Source: Longimicrobiales bacterium (GTDB taxonomy: Bacteria > Gemmatimonadota > Gemmatimonadetes > Longimicrobiales > Gaopeijiaceae). From it: DNA of 64,000 nt. The notes beneath the pieces are model-generated. The model searched no databases. It was not told the DNA's origin and saw nothing but the letters and a program-made list of their open reading frames with translations. The stretch is from positions 2,816,001 to 2,880,000 of the forward strand of contig OZ241892.1 of the NCBI GenBank assembly GCA_965203485.1. The letters are read 5' to 3'. Below are positions 28,184 to 37,743 of this stretch, one piece after another. Position 1 is the first letter of the stretch. The number at the start of each line of letters is the position of its first letter. Both the position numbers and the translations under genes were made by a program.

Positions 28184-29512
28184 ATGAGCGGACCGCCGCC
28201 CGCCGAGAAGAAGGGCGTCGCCCGCCTCCGCCGGGTGACCGCCGCGGCCGCCGCCAGGGAACGCGCGCCCGTCGTCCCCGAGGACGCGCTTCCCGCCATT
28301 TCCCGCATCGTGTCGGCGGTGCGCGACCGCGGCACGGACGCCCTGCGGCAGTACGCGGAGTGGTGGGACCAGCTGCCCGTCGGCGCGCCGCTCGTGAAGA
28401 CCAAGGACGAGGCCGGCGCCGCCTTCCGGTCGCTCCCTCGTTCCGAGCGCGAACTCCTGGAGCGGACGGCCGCGCGCATCGAGCGCTTCGCACAAGCGCA
28501 GCTGGACAGCGTCTCGCCGACGCGGATCGACGTGCCCGGCGGAACGGCCGGCGATCGGTTGGCGCCCGTCCGCGTGGCGGGATGCTACGCGCCCGGCGGA
28601 CGATTTCCCTTGCCCTCGTCGGCACTGATGACCGCCGTCACGGCCAGGGTCGCGGGCGTGCGGCAGGTCTGGCTGGCCTCGCCCAATCCCTCCCGGCAGA
28701 TGCTCGCGGCGGCCGCCGTGGCCCAAGTCGACGGAGTGCTCGCCGCCGGAGGCGCGCAGGCGGTGGCGGCCATGGCCTACGGCGTGGCAGTGCCCCGTTG
28801 CGACATGATCGCCGGCCCCGGCAACCAGTGGGTCACGGGAGCCAAGATGCTCCTCGCCGGCGTCGCGGGAGTGGACCTTCTGGCCGGCGCGTCGGAGCTC
28901 GTCGTCCTGTCCGACGAGACGGGCGATCCAAAGCTCATCGCCGCCGACCTGCTGGCTCAAGCCGAGCACGACGAGGCCGCGCTCGCGGCGCTGGTCACGA
29001 CCTCCGCCTCGCTGGCGGCCCGCGTCGACAAGGAACTCGATCGCCAGCTCCAGGACCTGCCGACCGCCGAAACCGCCGCCGCGGCCCTCGCCAACGGGTT
29101 CGCAGTCGTGGCGTCGGAGACCGAGGCCCTCCGCTGCTGCCGGCGCCTGGCCCCGGAGCACCTGGAACTCCACGGCGGCCGCGCCGACCGCTGGGCGGAA
29201 GAACTGGACGCCTTCGGCGCCGTGTTCGTCGGCCAAGCCTCCGCCGAGGTCCTGGGCGATTACGGCCTGGGTCCCAACCACACCCTCCCCACCGGCGGCA
29301 CGGCGCGCTTCGCCAGCGGCCTCTCCGTCTTCTCTTTCCTCCGGCGTCCAACCTGGATTCGCGTGGCGCCCGGCCCAGACCTGAACGCCGCCGCCCGGGA
29401 CGCCGCCGCCCTCGCCCGCATGGAAGGCCTCGACGCCCACGCCCGCGCCGCCGAGATGCGAATCGCCGCCGACGCGGACGAGGGCGGCGCCGGCAGCGAG
29501 GATGCGGGCTGA
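28184..29512 (+). CDS. hisD: Histidinol dehydrogenase
   Basis: GCYAPGG, GGAQAVAAMAYG, GPGNQWV, DLLAQAEHD, APEHL, GDYGLGPNHTLPT, EGLDAHA. Confidence 0.95.
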   Translation: MSGPPPAEKKGVARLRRVTAAAAARERAPVVPEDALPAISRIVSAVRDRGTDALRQYAEWWDQLPVGAPLVKTKDEAGAAFRSLPRSERELLERTAARIERFAQAQLDSVSPTRIDVPGGTAGDRLAPVRVAGCYAPGGRFPLPSSALMTAVTARVAGVRQVWLASPNPSRQMLAAAAVAQVDGVLAAGGAQAVAAMAYGVAVPRCDMIAGPGNQWVTGAKMLLAGVAGVDLLAGASELVVLSDETGDPKLIAADLLAQAEHDEAALAALVTTSASLAARVDKELDRQLQDLPTAETAAAALANGFAVVASETEALRCCRRLAPEHLELHGGRADRWAEELDAFGAVFVGQASAEVLGDYGLGPNHTLPTGGTARFASGLSVFSFLRRPTWIRVAPGPDLNAAARDAAALARMEGLDAHARAAEMRIAADADEGGAGSEDAG

Positions 29513-29700
29513 GACTGCCCCAATCCGCCGCGCGGCCCGGCGCTCCGGTCAAGTTGGTCGAGCGGCAAGACGTCCCGCTGGTCGAGGGACGGCCCGAAAA
29601 GCGGCTTGCGAGGCGTTGCCGACGGACTCAACCTTGAAGGCGCGGCCAGCGGCGCCGGACCGGCCCGTGCCCAACCAACCCCAACAGATGCGGCAGCGAC

Positions 29701-31281
29701 ATGAACTCGAGAACGACAGCCGACCGCCCGCCGCGCAGTTCCTCCGGGCTGCGCCGCTTGCGCCCACCCCTCGCTCGATCGGCTCACGCGGTCAGCGCAA
29801 CGGCCTTCTTGCGGCCAGCGGTCCCCTCCTGGCACCTTGCCGCCGCAACGCTCGCCGTGGCCGTCGCCGCCGATCTCTCCCCGTTGCCCGCCCAGTCCGT
29901 CGAAGCAGGCAAGCGGTCGGCGCTGGACCACGCGACTGCCCTCGCGCCCCTTGTGGCCGACATGTCGTTGCGGCTTTGGGACTTCGCCGAGGTGGCGCTC
30001 CAAGAAACCAGGTCGGCCGCCTACTTGGCGGGCGCTCTGGAGGCGGAGGGATTCGCGGTCGAGCGCGGCGTGGCCGGAATGCCGACGGCCTTCGTGGCGT
30101 CTTGGGCGTCGAACGAGGACGGGCCGGTGCTGGGCGTCCTGGCCGAGTACGACGCGCTGCCCCAGGTCGGCAATGCGGCCGTGCCGAGACTGCAGCCGCG
30201 CGAGGACGGGACGACGCGCGGTCACGGATGCGGGCACAACCTGTTCGGCGCGGCCTCCGTCGCCGCCGCGGTCGCGATCAAGCGCATGATGGCGGAGCAC
30301 GGGACGCCGGGCACGGTGCGCCTCTACGGAACGCCCGCCGAGGAGACCGTGGTCGGCAAGGTCTACATGGCCCGCGACGGCCTGTTCGACGACCTCGACG
30401 CCGCCATCGTGTGGCACCCCGGCCAGAGGACCGCAGTCAGCAACAACCGGGCCCGCGCGCTCAACAACTTCGAGGTCACTTTTCGCGGCCAGGCGGCCCA
30501 CGGCGCCGCCGACCCGTGGAACGGCCGAAGCGCGCTGGACGCCGTCGAACTCATGAACCACGGCGTCAACATGATGCGCGAGCACGTCGAGCCGAGCGCC
30601 CGCATCCACTACGTGATTCCGAACGCCGGCGAAGTCCCCAACGTCGTGCCCGCACACGCCAAGGCGTGGTACTACGTCCGCGACACCACCCGCGCCGCCG
30701 TCGCGGAGAACTACGGCTGGATCCTCGACATCGCGGCCGGTGCCGCCCAGATGACCCGCACCGAGCACGACGTCTTCCTCGTCACCGGCGTCCATCCCTA
30801 CACGCTCGTCCGGCCCCTTCAGGAAGCCATGCAGGCCAACCTCGAGCGGGTGGGGCCGCCCCCGTTCACGGAATCCGACCACGAGTTCGCCAGGGAGCTC
30901 CAACGCTTCCTCGATGTGGAGGCGTCCGGCCTGAACGACACGATCGCTCCGTTGGCGCCCGCGCCTCTGCCTGCGGGCGGCGGCTCGTCGGACGTGGCGG
31001 AAGTGAGCTACATCGCGCCCACGGTGGAGTTCAGCGTGACCACGGCCGCCGAGCACGTTCCGTGGCATTCGTGGGCGACGACGGCGTCCCACGGCACCGC
31101 GGGGGCGCTGAAGGGCGCCGAGGCGGCGGCCAAGGCGTTGGCGCTGATGGGAGCGGAGCTGATGCTGGACGCGGACTTGCTGCGCCGCGCCAAGGAAGCG
31201 CACACCGCGGCGACGGGCGGGAGGCCGTACCGCTCACCGATTCCCGACGGACAGTCCGTGCCCTTGCCGCCGGGCCGGTAG
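29701..31281 (+). CDS. M20D amidohydrolase (AbgB-like), probably exported; start uncertain
   Basis: EYDALP, GHGCGHNL, GTPAEE, WHP, GRSALDAVE, GSSDV, PWHSW. Confidence 0.88.
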   Translation: MNSRTTADRPPRSSSGLRRLRPPLARSAHAVSATAFLRPAVPSWHLAAATLAVAVAADLSPLPAQSVEAGKRSALDHATALAPLVADMSLRLWDFAEVALQETRSAAYLAGALEAEGFAVERGVAGMPTAFVASWASNEDGPVLGVLAEYDALPQVGNAAVPRLQPREDGTTRGHGCGHNLFGAASVAAAVAIKRMMAEHGTPGTVRLYGTPAEETVVGKVYMARDGLFDDLDAAIVWHPGQRTAVSNNRARALNNFEVTFRGQAAHGAADPWNGRSALDAVELMNHGVNMMREHVEPSARIHYVIPNAGEVPNVVPAHAKAWYYVRDTTRAAVAENYGWILDIAAGAAQMTRTEHDVFLVTGVHPYTLVRPLQEAMQANLERVGPPPFTESDHEFARELQRFLDVEASGLNDTIAPLAPAPLPAGGGSSDVAEVSYIAPTVEFSVTTAAEHVPWHSWATTASHGTAGALKGAEAAAKALALMGAELMLDADLLRRAKEAHTAATGGRPYRSPIPDGQSVPLPPGR

Positions 31282-31341
31282 CGGCCCGAATCGGCGGCCC
31301 ACGTCTCGAACGCCGCGCGGACCCCGTATCGGGCGAAAGCC

Positions 31342-31503
31342 CTACAGGCGTGAGCCCTTCTTTGGCTGGATGGCGTCCGGCGTGGGCTCGGTCTCCGCGT
31401 CGGCAACCTGGATCGCCCGCTCGGCGACGAAGATCAGGGCCACGCAGAAGAGCAGGGCCAGAGCCTCGAGCTTGCGGCTGGGGCGTCGTCTGATTCGTAC
31501 CAT
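31342..31503 (-). CDS. Small (53 aa) single-pass membrane or secreted protein, absent from the ORF track
   Basis: MVRIRRRPSRKLEALALLFCVALIFVAERAIQVADAETEPTPDAIQPKKGSRL*, RBS GGGGAG upstream, sigma54 motif upstream. Confidence 0.65.
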   Translation of the reverse strand: MVRIRRRPSRKLEALALLFCVALIFVAERAIQVADAETEPTPDAIQPKKGSRL

Positions 31504-31550
31504 GGTTCTCCCCGTCTCTGACTTGTGATTCCTCCGTGCCCCGATCTCCC

Positions 31551-31566
31551 TGCATGAACCGTGCCA
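31551..31566 (-). promoter_or_regulatory. sigma54 (-24/-12) promoter
   Basis: TGGCACGGTTCATGCA versus consensus TGGCACG-N4-TTGCW: one mismatch, correct spacing, 47 nt before the ATG. Confidence 0.65.
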
Positions 31567-31690
31567 GGATTTTTCGGCCTGGGTCCCGCAACGGATTCCG
31601 AGGCCCGTCCAACACTCGGCGGGCTTGAACCGCCTACGGATTTCGTCGCCTTTTCCTTCGGAGGCGCGGGCCGCGCCGCATTAGCTTCGG

Positions 31691-32902
31691 ATGCCCACCT
31701 GCCGCCCGAATGGGACACCTGTGCTTCAAATCGGACACTTCAGCCGCCGGGTCGACGCCCCCTTGGCCGGCGCCGTTGCGGCCGCATCCAGCCAAGCCTG
31801 CATCTGTCGCGCCGAACTCCGCGTCGGCGCCTTGGCCCGCCGCGCGGCCTTCGCCGTCTTCGTCGTCGCTCCGGCTCTTGCCGCCCTGCCCTTGCCGGCG
31901 AGCCTGGCCGGCGCCCAGGAACTCGGCGGAGCCGCCATCGCGAGCGGCATCACTTCGGTCCCCGGCATTCGGGCGGGGCACTTCACCTATCCCGGAGGGC
32001 GCACAGGCTGCACGGTCGTCGTCGCCGACGGCGGCGCGGTGGCGGGCGTGGACGTTCGGGGCGGCGCGCCCGGCACGGTCGAGACCGACTTGCTGGACCC
32101 GGTGAACACGGTGCAGGAGGTCAACGCCGTGGCGCTGGCCGGCGGGAGCGCGTTCGGCCTCGCGGCGCGGCAGGGGGTCGTGCGCTGGCTGGAGGAGCAG
32201 GGCCAGGGGTACTCGGCGGGACCGGGCTTGGTCGTGCCGATCGTGCCCGGGGCCGTCATCTTCGATTTGCGCGTGTCGGAGGGAACGCGGCCGGGGGCGG
32301 ACTGCGGTTACGAAGCGGCCGACGCCGCGGGCGCGGCTCCGTTGGAGGAAGGCAACGCGGGCGCGGGCGCGGGCGCCACGGTGGGCAAGCTGCTGGGGCC
32401 CGGCCAGGCGATGCGAGGAGGCGTCGGGACGGCGGCAGTTGCGCTCGACGACGGGCTCGTCGTGGCCGCGCTCGTCGTCGTCAACGCCGTCGGAGACGTG
32501 ATCGATCCGGCTGCCGACCGGATCCTGGCCGGTGCGCGCTCGCCCGACGGCGGCTTGGCGGACGCGCGTCTGGTGCTGCGCCAAGGCGCCGCCGAGGCCC
32601 CGCCCGGACAGAACACGACCGTCGGCGTGGTCGCGACCAACGCGCTCTTGACGCAGGCCCAAGCGACCAAGGTGGCCCAGATGGCGCACGACGGTATCGC
32701 CCGCACAATTGTGCCCAGCCACACGCCGGCGGACGGCGACGCGATCTTCGCTCTTGCGACCGGCCGCTCGGCCGGCCCCGCGGATGTCGGACGCGTCGGA
32801 GCGCTGGCGGCCGAAGCCGTCGCTGAAGCCGTCCTCCGCGCCGTCCGCGCGGCCGCCGGCATCCCGGGCATCCCGGCCGCCGGAGACCTGCCGGGCAGGT
32901 GA
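31691..32902 (+). CDS. DmpA-like P1/S58 family peptidase (start uncertain)
   Basis: TGCTVV, RGGAPGTVET, GGSAFGL, GAGAGATVGK, QNTTVGVVATNA, DGDAIF. Confidence 0.88.
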   Translation: MPTCRPNGTPVLQIGHFSRRVDAPLAGAVAAASSQACICRAELRVGALARRAAFAVFVVAPALAALPLPASLAGAQELGGAAIASGITSVPGIRAGHFTYPGGRTGCTVVVADGGAVAGVDVRGGAPGTVETDLLDPVNTVQEVNAVALAGGSAFGLAARQGVVRWLEEQGQGYSAGPGLVVPIVPGAVIFDLRVSEGTRPGADCGYEAADAAGAAPLEEGNAGAGAGATVGKLLGPGQAMRGGVGTAAVALDDGLVVAALVVVNAVGDVIDPAADRILAGARSPDGGLADARLVLRQGAAEAPPGQNTTVGVVATNALLTQAQATKVAQMAHDGIARTIVPSHTPADGDAIFALATGRSAGPADVGRVGALAAEAVAEAVLRAVRAAAGIPGIPAAGDLPGR

Positions 32903-33002
32903 GCCAAGCCGCCCGGCGCCCGCCTTGGCCCGGAAGGACTTCGGCGAGCAAGGCCATGGAACGCGACGGACCGAAGCCCCCGGCCCCAAGTCGGCATCCG
33001 CC

Positions 33003-34409
33003 TTGAACGCGGCCCTCGGCATCCTGCTGCTCTACGTGGGAGCCATGGCGTACCTGGGCTTCGCCTTGGGAAGGCGCGCCAAGGGCACGGCGGACTTCTT
33101 CGTGGCGGGCAGGCGCATGGGGCCGGGCCTTCTCTGCGCCACCGTCCTGGCGGCGAACATCGGCGCGGGCTCCACCGTGTTCGCGGCCAGCTTGGGGTAC
33201 GAGGACGGGGTGGCGGCGTGGTGGTGGGTGGGATCGGCGGGCATCGGCACGCTGGTCCTGGCGCTCTGGATCGGTCCGCGCATGTGGCGCGCCGCCAAGG
33301 CTCACTCGCTGCTCACGGTCGGCGACTACCTGGAGCGCCGCTACGGGCCGTCGGTGCGTGCCGCAATGGCCGCGCTGCTGTGGCTTGCCAGCTTGGCCAT
33401 CCTCGCCGCTCAGCTGATCGCGATGGCCTGGATCCTGGAAGTCGTCGCGGGGGCTCCCCGCTGGGTCGGCGCGGTGGCGGGCGGCGCGGTGATGACGCTG
33501 TACTTCGCGGCGGGCGGACTGCTCAGCTCCGCTTGGGTCAACTTGGTTCAGCTCGCAGTGCTGGCGATCGGCTTCCTCGTCGCGGCGCCGTTGGCCGCGG
33601 GCGCGGCCGGCGGATGGGGCGACATGCTCGCATCCAACGCCGCGCTGGACCCCGGACGTGCCCGGTTCTGGGGCAACGGCGGCTCGGGCTGGCCGTACTT
33701 GGCGCTGTTGGCCCCGGCGTTCATTGCGTCGCCCGGCATTCTGCAGAAGACGTTCGCCGCCCGCGACGAACGCGCCTGTCGCCGGGGGCTCGCGGCCTGC
33801 GCGGGCGCCCTGATGCTCTTCGCGTTCCTTCCCGTCGCCCTGGGCATGGCGGCGCGCGTGCTGGCGCCGGGGCTCGACGATTCCGAGACCGCGCTGCCGG
33901 TCGTGCTCTCGACGGCGGTGCCGGCCTGGGTCGGGCTCCTGGGGCTTGCCGCCGTGCTCTCCGCCGAGATCAGTTCGGCCGACGCAATTCTCTTCATGCT
34001 GTCCACGTCGCTTTCGAAGGACTTGTACAAGCGGTTCTTCAACCCGAGCGCAACGGACCGTCAAGTGCTGGCCGCTTCGCGCGGGGCCGCGGTCGTCGGA
34101 GGAGCGGCAGGCGTCGCGCTGGCCGTCCTGCTGCCGACCGTGGGCGCCAGCCTCGCGGTCTTCTACTCGTTGCTGAGCGTGAGCCTGTTCGTCCCCTTGG
34201 CGGCCGGGCTCCATTCCCGGCGTCCCGGCGTCGCCGAGGCCTTCGCGGCAATCGCGGCCGGCAGCGTCGCGCTGGTCGCAGCGAGGGTCTGCGGAGCCGA
34301 AGGCGCCGCGCCGCCGACGGCATGGGGACTCGGCGCCGCAACGACCGCGTTCGGGTGCGTGTTCGCCGTGCGTCGGCTAGCGCGCCTCCGGCGACCGCGA
34401 TCCGCCTGA
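33003..34409 (+). CDS. Sodium:solute symporter family protein
   Basis: DFFVAGR, ANIGAGS, LERRYG, GGLLSSAWVNLVQ, EISSADA; about 13 TM segments. Confidence 0.88.
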   Translation: MNAALGILLLYVGAMAYLGFALGRRAKGTADFFVAGRRMGPGLLCATVLAANIGAGSTVFAASLGYEDGVAAWWWVGSAGIGTLVLALWIGPRMWRAAKAHSLLTVGDYLERRYGPSVRAAMAALLWLASLAILAAQLIAMAWILEVVAGAPRWVGAVAGGAVMTLYFAAGGLLSSAWVNLVQLAVLAIGFLVAAPLAAGAAGGWGDMLASNAALDPGRARFWGNGGSGWPYLALLAPAFIASPGILQKTFAARDERACRRGLAACAGALMLFAFLPVALGMAARVLAPGLDDSETALPVVLSTAVPAWVGLLGLAAVLSAEISSADAILFMLSTSLSKDLYKRFFNPSATDRQVLAASRGAAVVGGAAGVALAVLLPTVGASLAVFYSLLSVSLFVPLAAGLHSRRPGVAEAFAAIAAGSVALVAARVCGAEGAAPPTAWGLGAATTAFGCVFAVRRLARLRRPRSA

Positions 34410-34419
34410 CGGACAACGA

Positions 34420-34570
34420 GAGACGCCCCGCGCCCGCGAGGACCGAACGAACGAACTCGCGCCCGACGCGCCCGTCGCCCGAGACGCCCCCCGCGCGAGA
34501 GAGCCGAACGACGCGTCGAAGTTCCACCTACCGATCTCGACGTGACGCCCCGCCCGCGAGGACCGAACAG
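34420..34570. repeat. Three degenerate ~30-nt repeats at an exact 61-nt period with dissimilar 30-nt spacers (possible eroded type I-E-like mini-array)
   Basis: Units start at 34420 (GAGACGCCCCGCGCCCGCGAGGACCGAACGA), 34481 and 34542; no cas genes in the window. Confidence 0.55.
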
Positions 34571-34574
34571 CGCC

Positions 34575-35468
34575 CTACGCCGGCTTCCCTGCTCCCGAAT
34601 CGGTCCCCAACCGTCCCGTGATCTCCTTTAGGCGCAACCATTGCTGGTAGTACATCGGCAACAGCGCCACCGACTCCATGAATCCGAAGACGTACATGAC
34701 GACCGCAAACACTTCGCCGTACTCGACCGTCTCCTCGACCGCCGCGTCCACGGAGAAGACGAGCAACGCGACCATCAGCACCCAAACGATGCCGAAGTTC
34801 GCAGCCTCCAGGTCCGAGAGCTTGATGTTCCACCGCATCATGCGCCTCACGTGGCGCGCGACGCGAGCGGGGACGCCGCTCTCCACGACCCGCACCCGCT
34901 TCTCGTATTCGTTGTTCATCGCTTCGTTGTAGCGGGTTGTGAAGCGGCCGGAGAACCCGTACACGGCCGCGGTTCCCGCAACGACTGCCACGCACCCCAA
35001 GAAGATCGGGAAGTTGAGCGCCCAGAGAATCAAGACCGTGCCGGCGAGCCCGAGCACGCTGCTCACCAGCGTCGGCAACGAGTTCTCGAAGAATTCCACC
35101 ACCTCGCGGAGCATCCCCAGTCGCGCCGTCTTGGCCGACACCGTCTGCGAGGCCTGCCGCGCCACCAGCTCCTCGCTGAGCCGGACGTATATCCTCGCGT
35201 ACGCGCGCGAGTCGTACACCCGGCGCGCGATGTCTATGCCCACGGTTGCGAGCCCCAACGCCCCGAGTTCCCACAGCCCGCGCCGGGCGCCGGCGATCAC
35301 GTCGTCCACCGCCCGCCCGATGACCAAGGGAAACAGCACCCAGCCCACTGCTTCCAGCACCACCAGCGCAACCGTGAACCCCAACTGCCGCCGAAACGGC
35401 CTGATCCCTTCGGCCACGGCGTTGCGCGACGCCGCCGCGCCGCCGGATGCTTCCTTCGCTCTGGACAT
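34575..35468 (-). CDS. Stand-alone ABC-exporter six-TM domain protein (no NBD)
   Basis: FPLVIGRAVD, RRVYDSRAYARIY, REVVEFFENSLP, KLSDLEA; ends after about 6 TM. Confidence 0.75.
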   Translation of the reverse strand: MSRAKEASGGAAASRNAVAEGIRPFRRQLGFTVALVVLEAVGWVLFPLVIGRAVDDVIAGARRGLWELGALGLATVGIDIARRVYDSRAYARIYVRLSEELVARQASQTVSAKTARLGMLREVVEFFENSLPTLVSSVLGLAGTVLILWALNFPIFLGCVAVVAGTAAVYGFSGRFTTRYNEAMNNEYEKRVRVVESGVPARVARHVRRMMRWNIKLSDLEAANFGIVWVLMVALLVFSVDAAVEETVEYGEVFAVVMYVFGFMESVALLPMYYQQWLRLKEITGRLGTDSGAGKPA

Positions 35469-35602
35469 TGGCACGAATCCGAGGTTGGGCGACGGGGCGC
35501 CGAGCCGGTCCCGGCGCCGCTCTCGCACCACGGAACTTCGCCGACGACCAAGGCGCGGGCCAAGTCTTTCGGCGAGCCTGCCCCACGGATAAGTTGCGGC
35601 TC

Positions 35603-36613
35603 ATGCGCTTCCCGGCAGAGATCACGACCTGCGAAATGCACACCGGCGGCGAGCCCGTGCGGATCGTCACCGGCGGGTACCCGAACATCCCCGGCGCAAC
35701 AATCCTGGACAAGCGCCGCTACGCCCGAGAGCGGCTGGACCACCTGCGCCGCTTTCTCATGCTCGAGCCCAGGGGGCACCACGACATGTACGGGGCGATT
35801 CTCGTGCAACCGGACGACCCCGCCGCCGACCTGGCGGTGCTGTTCTGCCACAACGACGGCTATTCGACGATGTGCGGACACGCCACGATCGCCGTTGCGC
35901 GCTGGGCGGTGGACAAGGGCTTGGTTCGGGCGCGGCCGCCAATGGCGACGGTTCGCCTGCAATGCCCCTGCGGCTTGGTCGAAGCGCGGGTCGACGTGGC
36001 CGAAGACGGACGCGCGGGCGACGTGGCCTTCGACAGCGTTGGGGCGTTCGCCGCCGACTTGAACGCAGTCGTGGACGTGCATGGCGCCGGACCGGTGGAA
36101 GTGGACGTGGGCTACGGCGGCGCGTTCTACGCGATCGTGCCGGCCGCCCGCTTCGGGCTGGAGGTCGGCGTCTCGCCCGTCAGCGCCGTGGTCGACGCCG
36201 CTTGGTCGGTGACGCGGGCCGCGAAGAGGCAACTCGAGTTGTCTCACCCCGAGCACGCGGATCTCGGCTTTCTGTACGGCACAATCCTGACGGACGGGGC
36301 ATCCGGCGAGGGCGAGCCGAGCGCCAACGTGTGCGTCTTCGCCGATCGCCAAGTGGACCGCAGCCCCACCGGCAGCGGAGTCACCGCCCGCATGGCGGTG
36401 CAGGTCGCAAAGGGACAGGCCGGCCCGGGCGCCCAGCGGCGCTTCTCCAGCTTGACCGGAGCGGTCTTCTCGGCGCGCATCGTAGGCGAGACCGCGGTGG
36501 GGGGGAGGAGCGCGGTGACAGTGCGCGTGGGAGGCAGGGCCTGCTACACCGGCGAGGCGCGCTTCCGGGCCGAGGACGGCGACCCCCTGGCAGGCGGGTT
36601 CTCGCTGCGATGA
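35603..36613 (+). CDS. Proline racemase family, Cys/Thr type (trans-3-hydroxy-L-proline dehydratase-like)
   Basis: HTGGEPVR, EPRGHHDMYG, MCGHA, DRSPTGSG (Thr at the second catalytic site). Confidence 0.85.
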   Translation: MRFPAEITTCEMHTGGEPVRIVTGGYPNIPGATILDKRRYARERLDHLRRFLMLEPRGHHDMYGAILVQPDDPAADLAVLFCHNDGYSTMCGHATIAVARWAVDKGLVRARPPMATVRLQCPCGLVEARVDVAEDGRAGDVAFDSVGAFAADLNAVVDVHGAGPVEVDVGYGGAFYAIVPAARFGLEVGVSPVSAVVDAAWSVTRAAKRQLELSHPEHADLGFLYGTILTDGASGEGEPSANVCVFADRQVDRSPTGSGVTARMAVQVAKGQAGPGAQRRFSSLTGAVFSARIVGETAVGGRSAVTVRVGGRACYTGEARFRAEDGDPLAGGFSLR

Positions 36614-37743
36614 CGGGATCGGCGGCCAAGCTGGTCGTCCCCGAAATGGACGGCGCCGCTGGCAGGCGGGCTCGCGTTGCAACGACGGATTCGGCGGCCA
36701 AGCCCGGGGAGCGCTCCTCGGCCTCCGGCGGCCCTGCGATGCCGCGCAGGGACTTCTTGTTCGCCGCCGGGGGCTGTTCCGGCGCCGTTCTGCTCGCAGC
36801 CGGCCAGGGCGCCTTACTGGGCCAAGACGCGGCGCCCCCGCCACGCTCCGGCCCGCCGGCACGGGTCCGCGCGGACGCGCACGGGAGCACATCGGCAGCG
36901 ACCCGCCGCCCCTCGGCGGCGCCGACGCTGGAACGAATCGGCGTCCAGCTCTACACGGTGCGCTCGCTGGCGGCCGAGGACATGGCCGCCACGCTGGATG
37001 CCGTCGCGGCGGTCGGCTACGCGGACGTGGAGTTCGCCGGCTGGTTCGGCCACCCGGCCAGGACCCTGCGGGGCTGGCTGGACGACGCGGGACTGGAAGC
37101 GCCGGCTGCCCACGTGGGCGCGGACGACCTGACCGGGGCGGGCCTGGACGCGACCCTCGAGACGGCGTCCGCGCTGGGCGTTCGTTGGCTCGTTCTCCCC
37201 TGGCTCCCTCCCGAGCGCCGCACCCCCGACGGCTACCGCGCCGCCGCCGACGCCCTCAATGCCGCGGGCGCGGCCGCCCAATCCGCGGGCGTGCGCGTCG
37301 CCTACCACAATCACGCCTTCGAGTTCGAGCCGCTCGATGCCCCCGGCAACCCCACGGGCTACGACATTCTGCTCAAACGCCTCGATCCCGCCGTGACGGA
37401 CATGGAGATAGATTTCCACTGGTCCACGGCGGGAGGCGTCGACGCGGCGGAGCTGTTTGCGACCCATGCCGGCCGCTTCGTCCTCTGGCACGTCAAGGAC
37501 CGCGACGCCGAAGGCCGGATGACCGACGTGGGCGCCGGCGACATCGACTGGAACTCGTTGTTCGCCTTGTCCGCCGAAGCGGGGCTTCGCCACTACTTCG
37601 TGGAGCACGACCATCCCGCCGACCCCTTGGAGTCGATCCGGGCGAGCTTCCGCTATCTGAAGGGCCGCCAGCCGCCCCGAGTGGACACGCCCGTGCCGCA
37701 CGGGCAGAAACGCAACGCCGCGCAACCCGAATCGAGAACATGA
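36610..37743 (+). CDS. Tat-exported sugar-phosphate isomerase/epimerase TIM barrel (start 36610 or 36739)
   Basis: PRRDFL Tat motif, IGVQLYTVR, YHNHAFEF, WHVKD, YFVEHD. Confidence 0.85.
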   Translation: MTGSAAKLVVPEMDGAAGRRARVATTDSAAKPGERSSASGGPAMPRRDFLFAAGGCSGAVLLAAGQGALLGQDAAPPPRSGPPARVRADAHGSTSAATRRPSAAPTLERIGVQLYTVRSLAAEDMAATLDAVAAVGYADVEFAGWFGHPARTLRGWLDDAGLEAPAAHVGADDLTGAGLDATLETASALGVRWLVLPWLPPERRTPDGYRAAADALNAAGAAAQSAGVRVAYHNHAFEFEPLDAPGNPTGYDILLKRLDPAVTDMEIDFHWSTAGGVDAAELFATHAGRFVLWHVKDRDAEGRMTDVGAGDIDWNSLFALSAEAGLRHYFVEHDHPADPLESIRASFRYLKGRQPPRVDTPVPHGQKRNAAQPESRT

